IMG/VR virus record: IMGVR_UViG_3300043398_000200
Span: 1-56,178 of that record
Strand: one strand, 5' to 3'
DNA: 56,178 bases
Origin: a virus
Taxonomy: Duplodnaviria; Caudoviricetes
Part shown: one piece after another, positions 8,582-17,600 of the stretch
Layout: the number at the start of each line of letters is the position of its first letter
Numbering within the stretch: position 1 is the first letter of the stretch
The notes under the pieces: model-generated
Seen by the model: only the letters and a program-made list of their open reading frames with translations
Told to the model about the DNA's origin: nothing
Database searches by the model: none
Translations under genes and position numbers: made by a program

Positions 8582-11479
8582 GTGCAACTGCTTGAATTCT
8601 TTGATCTGGTGCTCCCGGCCGCCGGGAAGGTTGTGCTTGCCCAGCGCGTGACCCGGACTGACCCCGTGGGCAGCCCGTACAACACGTTCCTGCACACCGT
8701 GGTGCCCCAGCATGCCGCTGCCCTGCCGGTCATCGACTCCTGGTCGGTGGGGCAGCGGGATGTCTATTATGCCCTGGCAGCCTACAGGCAGGGCTTACAT
8801 CTCGACGCCAAGGGCAAGAGGGTGGTGCGCGTCAGGGACAACGTGGAGGCCCTACGGGCGCTCTGGTTCGACATCGACTTCAAGGGCAACTACCCCGACA
8901 TCAAGACCGCTGCGCTGGCGCTGCGCGCGTTCTCGCAGGCCACCGGCATGCCGGCCCCGAGCATCCTGGTAGGCTCAGGGAACGGGATCCACACGTACTG
9001 GCCCTTGGATGCCGACCTGCCGCTGGACCGCTGGCAGCCCCTCGCAGACGCCCTGAAGGCGTGTGCCAAGGACAAGGGGCTGGACATCGATCCGGTGTGC
9101 ACCGCCGACGCCTGCCGCGTGCTGCGCCCGCCGGGCACCGTCAACTGGAAAGACCCGAACAGCCCGAAGCCGGTCAAGATTCTGTACAGCACTGCCAAAC
9201 AGCACACCTATGCGGACCTCGAAGCAGTGCTGCTTCCCTGGTTCGGTACCCCCAAGACTTATAACAGCACTGCCAAACAGAGGTTGGCTGTCAACGACGA
9301 GCTTTCGGCCAATGTCGGCGCCGCGGCCGCGCCCTCGAAATTTGCCAACATCGTGGTCCACTGTGGCGTCGCCCAGCACATCCTCAACACGCGCGGCAAG
9401 GACTGCACGGAGCCGGAATGGGTGGCAATGCTCCAGCTGCTCAGGCACTGCACAGACGGCGAAGACTTCGTGCACGTCGTCAGCGACGGCCACCCCGGCT
9501 ACCAGCCAGGGGCGACCGATGCAAAGTGGCAGCAGCGATCAGTGACGGCAGGGCCGACCCTGTGCTCGACGTTCGACCAGTACGAAAGCTCGATCTGCGC
9601 CAAGTGCCCGCACCGGGGGGCGATCAAGTCTCCGATCATGGTGGGCATGGATGACACCATGCCGGTGATCGGCGGCATGCCACCGACCTATCGTGTCGCG
9701 CCGGACGGCCGCGGCACCGAGCGCCTGTTCCTCGACGCCAACAACCAGAAGCAGTGGGTCAAGATTCTGCGCCACACGGTCAGCAACTTGCGCGTGATGC
9801 GCTCCATTGCGACCGGCGAGCACCAGCTGACCTTCGATGTGAAGGTGCAGGACTCGAAGCCCTACACCCTGCAGCTGCCATCGTCAGCACTCGGCAACAG
9901 CCGTATGCTCACCGAGACGCTGGCCAAATACGCCTTCGTGCTGAAGGACAAGGAAGCAATCGCATTCAAGGACCTTATGGCTACCTGGCTCGAACGACTG
10001 CAGACCAACCGCCGCGTTGCCGACGTGACCGACCAGCTGGGATGGCTGATCGAGAAGAAAGACGAAGGTGAAGTCATCACCGGCTTCGCTGCCGGCCCGG
10101 CGGTGTTCTATGCAGATGGCAGAGTGCGCGAGGACGTGAAGCCTGCGCGCGAGTTCGCCAGCGTGGCGGTCCACTACGAACCAAAGGGGAGTCTCGACGC
10201 ATGGAAGACAGTATCGAGCTTTCTTACGGACCAGGACAACCCTGCATTTACTGCGGCAATAGCCGCGGCGTTTGCTGCACCACTGCTGAGATTTACGGGT
10301 CACAATGGAGCCATACTCTCACTAGTCTCTACTGCGAGCGGTGTCGGCAAGTCATCTGCCTTGAAGTGCGCCCAGGGTGTGTGGGGGAGTCCGAAACACG
10401 GTATCAATGCTGTGGACGACACGCCCAAGAGCGTTGCCCGCAAAGTGGCCTTCCTCAACAACTTGCCAGCATTTTGGGACGAGCTTCGCGGCAGAAAAAC
10501 CCTGGAGGATTTCCTTACCTTGGCGTTCCAGATTACACAGGGAAAAGACCGTACGAGATTAGACTCATCTGCCCAGCTGAGGGAAGTCCACACCTGGGAG
10601 ACGATGATGGTTGTAGCTTCGAACGAGTCGATCTTTGAAGCCATGTCTCGCCACTCCGCAGGGTCTGACGCCGGCGCAGTGCGCGTATTCGAGATGACCA
10701 TCGACCCGGTTGCATCAGACCGCAACCGTGCCGAGCTTGCAATCATGTTTGAGTCACTCAACAGCAACTACGGGCATGCGGGGCGCATCTACTCGCAGTA
10801 CCTGGCCCAGCACGCCGGGGATGTGGAAGCCAAGGTCAAGGACATATACACGAAGATCGCCAAGCAGGGCACGATGGCGGCACAGGAGCGGTTCTGGTTC
10901 GCCATCGCCGCGGCCCTGATGACCGGCGCAATCGTCGCCAACCAGCTGCAGCTGACGAAGATCAACCTCTCGACGCTGCTCAACTACCTGATGAAAAACA
11001 TCGACCGGCTGCGCGGCCGCACGACGAACGCAATGGACTCGTCGGACCCCTCGACGCTGGTGGCTGGATATCTTGCCGCACACCAGGACCGCGGGCTTGT
11101 GGTGCAGACGTTCCCAGCAACCAGGCAGAACACCAAGGGGTACCTGCCGACGTTCCCTACTGGTGTTCCGAAGTCCAACAAGATCTCGTACCACCTGGAA
11201 CTGGACAGCAACACCGTCAGGCTCCCGAAGGCAGAGTTCGAACGCTGGCTGGAGTTCCGGCAGATGCCGGTCTACTCGACGATGCAGAAGCTGCGCAACG
11301 ACTACGGAATGATCCAGCGCAGGTCAGTGCTGGGCATTGGCACGAGCTACGCGCTCACTTCACAGATCGTGTTGGAACTGCAGCTGAACAACATGCAGGC
11401 CGACCGGGCTAGATCGGATGATTCTTTGAATCCCGCCGATAGCCCCGATTCGCTGCCACTGAGCGTACCCGAAGGTTAG
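8582..11479 (+). CDS. Primase (RepB/AEP-like) fused to DUF927-type helicase
   Basis: LWFDID, SGNGIHTYW, LRPPGTVNWK primase motifs; CAKCPH; Walker A SGVGKSS; Walker B AFWDE. Confidence 0.85.
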   Translation: MQLLEFFDLVLPAAGKVVLAQRVTRTDPVGSPYNTFLHTVVPQHAAALPVIDSWSVGQRDVYYALAAYRQGLHLDAKGKRVVRVRDNVEALRALWFDIDFKGNYPDIKTAALALRAFSQATGMPAPSILVGSGNGIHTYWPLDADLPLDRWQPLADALKACAKDKGLDIDPVCTADACRVLRPPGTVNWKDPNSPKPVKILYSTAKQHTYADLEAVLLPWFGTPKTYNSTAKQRLAVNDELSANVGAAAAPSKFANIVVHCGVAQHILNTRGKDCTEPEWVAMLQLLRHCTDGEDFVHVVSDGHPGYQPGATDAKWQQRSVTAGPTLCSTFDQYESSICAKCPHRGAIKSPIMVGMDDTMPVIGGMPPTYRVAPDGRGTERLFLDANNQKQWVKILRHTVSNLRVMRSIATGEHQLTFDVKVQDSKPYTLQLPSSALGNSRMLTETLAKYAFVLKDKEAIAFKDLMATWLERLQTNRRVADVTDQLGWLIEKKDEGEVITGFAAGPAVFYADGRVREDVKPAREFASVAVHYEPKGSLDAWKTVSSFLTDQDNPAFTAAIAAAFAAPLLRFTGHNGAILSLVSTASGVGKSSALKCAQGVWGSPKHGINAVDDTPKSVARKVAFLNNLPAFWDELRGRKTLEDFLTLAFQITQGKDRTRLDSSAQLREVHTWETMMVVASNESIFEAMSRHSAGSDAGAVRVFEMTIDPVASDRNRAELAIMFESLNSNYGHAGRIYSQYLAQHAGDVEAKVKDIYTKIAKQGTMAAQERFWFAIAAALMTGAIVANQLQLTKINLSTLLNYLMKNIDRLRGRTTNAMDSSDPSTLVAGYLAAHQDRGLVVQTFPATRQNTKGYLPTFPTGVPKSNKISYHLELDSNTVRLPKAEFERWLEFRQMPVYSTMQKLRNDYGMIQRRSVLGIGTSYALTSQIVLELQLNNMQADRARSDDSLNPADSPDSLPLSVPEG
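9186..9280. repeat. 17-bp direct repeat ACAGCACTGCCAAACAG x2 with an inverted core copy between
   Basis: Copies at 9186-9202 and 9264-9280; GAAGCAGTGCTGCTTC hairpin at 9221-9236 contains the reverse complement of the core CAGCACTGC. Confidence 0.85.
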
Positions 11480-11663
11480 ACCTGGCGTTGCTGCCACCGC
11501 TGTCCAGCGGGCGCTTGTGGTCCACGTCCTTGCCGTCGCCCTTGTGCGCGAGGCCAGCCTTGATCATGGCCGCCCGTGCACGGTTGCGTGCCATGCGGTG
11601 GCGCACCTGCTCAGGGCTGTTTTCGTACTCGGTGGCCCGTGTGTAATCCCGTGGTTTATTCAT
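11409..11663 (-). CDS. Small HNH endonuclease-like protein (84 aa)
   Basis: DGKDVDHKRPLDSGGSNARSNLRV...NR; starts at MNKPRDY, overlapping the end of the giant gene. Confidence 0.8.
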   Translation of the reverse strand: MNKPRDYTRATEYENSPEQVRHRMARNRARAAMIKAGLAHKGDGKDVDHKRPLDSGGSNARSNLRVRSVAANRGYRRDSKNHPI

Positions 11664-14600
11664 CGTTGTAGCCCTCGAAGTCTTCGGCCAGCTGGCGCTC
11701 GCTAGGCCGCAAGTTTGCCGTGTACCGGAGGTTGCTGGCCTCAGTCTTGCGCATGGCCTGTCGCGCCCTGATAAGCGCCGATGCAGTGATGCGGTGGATC
11801 GGCCGCTTGCTATTGAAGGCGTCGATCTTCGCGCGGACTTCCTGTCTGTCTTCCATGTCGGCCAATGCCCACCGCCGAAGCAGCGCCGCCCGCTGGTCGG
11901 CCTCATACGCCTTCTGCGTGTTGATAGCCCCACGCTTTTCGTACAGCTGCTCGATACGTGCCGGCTGTACACCGAGCGACTGCCAGAACAGATCAATAGG
12001 ATGCAGGTTTTCAGGACTCTCGATCATCGCCCCGCGCGTATCGACAATGCCGGTCTGACTGTAGCGCAGGGCCTTCGACACATCTGAGAACATCTTTGGC
12101 AGGAGCATCTCCGTGCCGCGCCAGGGCTGTCCTTCCATCATGTACTTCATGCCGCTGTGAAACCGCATGCCAAGGTTCAGCGTAGGACCGCCAAGCCCCT
12201 TAACCAGGCTGCCCAGCAGCGACTCGGTAGTGTCCGCCTTCAGGTCCAGCATATACAGAGACCCCAGCGACAAGCTGGTAGCGTAGTCCTGCCCCAAAGC
12301 AGTCGGCAGGCCGCGAGCGAGTACCTGACCGAGGTCGGTCCCCAGGGCAGCGTTGGCTGCATCGTGGACCCACTTGTCATAGATGTCTCCAGACATTGCA
12401 TTGGTCCAGGTGTACGGCTCCTTCTGGTCTGCGCCGCCGCCCAAAAGGACTGCCGCAGCGCCCAGCGCCCACTTGATAGGCTGAAGCATCACACCCGTCA
12501 TGCCTCCCACGACGGCATGCGACATCAACAACCCTGCGATGGTTTTTGCCCCCTCCCTGCGTTCCTGCTGGCTTGCGCCTCGCCGGGCACGATAGAAGTT
12601 GTCAATCAGGAGCGCATACATGCCCTGCGGGTATTTCATGAACTGAAACACCAATGGGCTGGCACGGCCAAGCGGGCCACCACGACCAAACAGACGCGGG
12701 GCGTTGGATGCGCTGTAGTTCATGTGCGTCTTGGATACGGCAGATCTGGCATACGCGGCGGCGGCTTCCTGCGTCATCTGTCGCGGGCCTGGCTCACGGG
12801 CCAGGTCGTAGGCCGCGATGGCAGAAACAACGCGGTTATTCACTTCAGTCAGGTGCGACATGATGCGCGTAGCATCCAGAAGACGCTGAGCCTGACTGTT
12901 ACCCTTGCCCTCCGACATATTACGCAGCTCGGTGGCAGTGGTGATCTCCAGTGCACCCTGCTGCTTCAGCTTGTCCAACAGCTTCATGTATTCGGCGGCC
13001 TGCGCAGGCGGGCTGCGCTGCCTGATCCAGCCCTCAATCTGCTCCAGTACTTCAAACGCGTCCTCACCCGTAGAAGCAGAAATAGCTGCCTTGGCTCCAA
13101 GCCATGAGCGTCCCGTCTGGGTCAGGAGGGGATGCGCAATCAGCTTCTGCGCCCGCAGCAGCGCACCGACCGCTTTCGCCGTGCCATGCCGTGCCGCCAG
13201 CCAGGGCAGCATGACCATTGGTACCTGCATGCTGTTACGGAACCAGTAGGCCGGCGACAGCAGCATGAACAGCTGCGACAGCTGCGTGCCTTTCTGGATC
13301 AGCGGGATCACCTTGCTCGGTGTAGCCGCAAGAGTATCGCGTGCCTTCAGTTCACGATAAATATGCCCAAGCTTTACGCTGTCGAGCGGGCTTTTAATTT
13401 TATGTTCTGCGACCTTCTTGATGAACTGATCCATGCGGTACAGCGCATCACTCATGACGTGGCCATAACGCAGCTGCGCAATATGGTAGGCAGCACCTTC
13501 AGTGTAACGGGCCATCGCCTGCTGCGCGTTGTCTGCCTCGGCACCGAGGATGTTCTCGCGGCGGCGCTGATGCTGACGGAAAGATGCGTCAGCCAGCTGC
13601 TCCATGTACAGTTCCTTGATTGCGTTCTGTGCTGCCGGATTGCCGGTGAGCTTGTCCATCACACGGCTAAGCCGGTCGTCGGACTTGAGCAGCGTCGGGC
13701 CGTTGAGGAACTCATTTTTCAGTTCCACATCGCTGGTACCAGTTTCGCCATATTCCTGCACCAGCACCTGGCGTACGGCTTCAGCCTCGGCACGGGTCTT
13801 GCGGTACTGCACTTCAAACTGCACGACACTCCCGGTCCACGACCCGTCGGGGTTGCGCTCTACCCGCGCCGAACGAGTGACTTCCTTGGCCGCCTCGGTA
13901 TTGGCCCAGGTACGCGCCTCCTTCTTGTCCTGGAAAGTCTTATGGTCGAGTATCAGGTTGGCGTGGACAACGTAGTCGCCTTCACGGAACAGCGGCGCAT
14001 ACGGCCCCTGCTGCATCTTCGGAATGCGAGCAATGGCGGCGACAGTAGATGCCATATCGTCTGACAGAACACTGACTGTGGCCTCAAACTGCCCTGTTTT
14101 TTTATCCTTGCTGATTTCAGTGAACTGCATCGACGGGTTGTCCGCCTGCTCGTTGGCAGCCCACTGCTCAGCTTCTTCCCGCGTGCCGAAAGTCTGCTGC
14201 TTGCCGAACTCCTTCTGGATGCCGCTTACAGTATCAAGTCCGAGCCGCTGGACGCTGCCTTCATCGTACTTGGCGTTGAACTGCTTCTTGGTCATGACGA
14301 CGGTATCCCCACCTGTCAGGGCGGGGCGCAAAGCATTCAACGCGCGCAGGCTCGCAAGCTGCTGAATCGTGCGGCCATACATGTCGCGCAACCTGCCATA
14401 CAAGCGAGTCCATTCCGGGTCAATGGCCTGCAGGCGGGCACGCAGCTCGGCGTGTACCTTCTTCATTTCGTCAGACTTGACGTGCTCATTGCCAGGCGCG
14501 TCCAGGTCACGATCAGGGAACACCCGCTCCAGGGATGATTCTGCTTCGATACGCGCGAACTCAATCGCCTGATCGTCGTATTTCTCCGCCAGCTGGGTCC

Positions 14601-17600
14601 ATTCGCGGTTGATCGCCTTGCCGCCAGGGCGGGCCTCAGTACCCTGCTTGACGGCAGAGATGTTGGCGTCACGCTCGGATGCGGCGACATGATAGTCACT
14701 CAGTCCACTGCTTCCTTCGTCGGTGTCGTAGAACGCCCTGTGGTACTGGTCGGCAATCTGCTCCTGCGACATTGCCGACAACAACATGCGGTCGCCAACA
14801 TCACCAAGGTTCAGTTTCTTGTCACGGGCGCGCTTATAGATGTCGTTGGTAACACGGTTGGACCGCAACAAGCGGTCCATTGCGGCACCAACGTGTTCCC
14901 GTATAGCGTTGTCGGGCACGTTCTCCAGCGCCCACTTCATGCCGTTGGTAGCTTCTGACCGCTCACCAGTCAGGAGCGACTCGCTCAGCTGCATGATGGC
15001 ATCCAGGGCGTTGTCGGCCTGGTATCCATCCAGATGCAGGGCACGCCTGACAAACTTGACAAACTTACTCCAACCGGACTCCTGCATATCAATCTGCACG
15101 CCACGCAGGAAGTCCTGAAACTCGGGGTTAGAGAACGCCTCGGCAACAAACTCAGCCTCGACATTGGTCTTGGCCGTCAAACCGTAATGCTTGCTATAGT
15201 CCATGCCCTGCTTCGTTGCAGCTGTACGAACCATATCTACAAGGCTGCGCAGTTGTGCACGAAGCGCACCGTTAGCCTCAAGCTGTCCAACCGTGGCAGC
15301 GTGAACTGTCTCATGCGTGACGGCATGAATGAATGCCGCCATCGGATCAATGCCCTTCTCTCGGGCGGCATTCAGGAGCGCCCGGTTGAGCTTGATGGTG
15401 CGGTTGCCGTTTGCATCGACTGCAAACTGGCCCGTACGGCCCCCACGTCCTATACGGTCATCCCACGACAGATGCACATCATCGAGGTTCAGCTTACCCA
15501 GCTGGTCAAGCAGCTGCCGCTGCAGTCCTGACTTGACGTAGGTGCTGAACAGCCTGACCACATCCCCGGCACTGATCTTGTTGTTGGTTTCGAGGTTATC
15601 CGCGAGTGCCTGAGCAGCTTCGGTGAGCGACTTTACGAAAGCATACGGGTTAAGTGGAGCATCAGGGGCCTTCTTGATGCGCTTGGCCAGCTGGGCATTG
15701 ATGGCGGCTTCGCGGACCACCTGGGTCTTTTTGTCGGTCACCAGCCGGGCTTCACGCGCAAGCTCGATCTCCGTAGCCGGCCGACGGGCCGACACGACAT
15801 TACGCTCAGCCAGGAACATTTCATTCAGCCGTGCATCGTCCAGCTGCCCCGTTGGAGTGGTAGGGACGATCAGCATGCCGTTCTCATCAAAGCGAAATCC
15901 GAAAGCCTTGAACAACTTGACGAACGGCTCGACAACCTTTGTCTTGTAGTTAGCCCCACGCTCACTGTTTACAGCCGCAGGACTCAATGCTGCACGCAGC
16001 ATCTGCAGGTCCTGCAAAGTCAGCGGCTCGATCCATCGACGTTCCAGTTTGTCGGAGCCACCCTGCCTGGCAATGAACCCGGAAATCTTCGTGATGACTG
16101 GCGCAATGGCAGCCTCGTACATCGGGTTGCCCTTCATTGCTTCATGGAGCACGCCCCCCAACTCAAACCTACCGGCAAGGCGTTTCAGGTTGATGGCGTT
16201 CTGCACCAACCGCCCTTTTGCGGTATGTGCAAACTGCAGTACAACAGGCTCCATACGAGCAGCGGCCTGTGCTTGTGCAAGCGACTCGGCACGCATGAGC
16301 TTCGACAGAGCATAAACAATGCCGTCAGGAGTCTTGCGGTCGGTGATGTACTTGACGGAGGCATTGTACTTGTCAGCCTCCTTGAGGACGTTGAAAGATG
16401 CACCGTGCATCTGCGAAAGTATCTTGCCGTAGGCAAGCAGCACCTTCAGGTATGCATCGGCCAGGGCCACTCGTGTGCGCTTGGCGGCGCTGTCGGCGGC
16501 TTTCATCTCGTCGCGGATGAACCTGACTGATGCCTCGCCACTCTCAGTCAGCAGCTTCACCGACTGGTCTACTTCCTCATACGTACGCTTTACACGCGCT
16601 GCATGCTCCGCACGTTTTGCGTCCCCGCCCTCACGTACCTTGCGCGGGACGTTGAGGTCAAACAGCTGCCGGACGCCAAGCACGGCGCTTTTCATCGTCC
16701 TGGCGTTACCCTCACGATCTTTGCGCTGGCGGCGGCTGACCAGGGTCTCCGTAGGCTGTCCTTCCTTTTGCACGACGGCGGCATGCTCGGTAGCCCGGCC
16801 GGTGATGCCCTGGGAAGACACGCCCGAACCCATTTCACGGTTTGTTACGCGGTCGAACGCACGGCCGATCAGTTCCTTTTTCTCGGATGGGCGAGTGTGT
16901 GCAGCCATAAGCTCGCGCGCACTACGTCCCGCCGGCGACTCGATGCCTGTCGCTCCAGCAGCGATGCGTTCCTGCATCGGCCTGTCACTGGCAACCGCCG
17001 ACGCATTGACCCTGGCAGTCAGCTTGACATCAGTTGGCCGCTCTACTTCCTCTTTCTCCTTGCTCTTTTCAGCGGCGGCCATCACATCCACTGCGTTCAG
17101 GAACATGTGCTCGAACTCGACAGAATCTTCTGGCGGTATTTCGCGCGTCTTGGCTGCCTCGACCAGTTCTGCGTGTGCGTACGGGTTAGCCAGATCGCCA
17201 TGCCCGATCGTGAACGCGTTATCTTCTTCCTCATGTGACTGCGGGGCAGGGGATATTCCACGAAACCCTTTCGGGTTCACCTTATGGCCGACAGCCATAA
17301 TGCGCTCGGCTGCCGTAGTCGGCTTCGTGGAGGCCAGATGGACCCCCAGCTGCCGGGAGATCATACGTGCAGCTTTCTCGTCCTTATTCTCGATTGCTGT
17401 TTTCAGAAGTTCAAACAGCTTCGAGTAACGGTCGGCCTGTGCCACCTTGCTGAACGTGTACGAGCCAGGTGGCAGGAACCCACCAACCTCGCCCACCTTC
17501 TCCAGCGTGCGGGTATCGGTGGCTACCCGCCCTAGTCTCTGCAGAACTTCGTCGGGGGTCTTAACGTCGCGCGTGGCACTCAGTGCAAGGTCGCGCGCAT

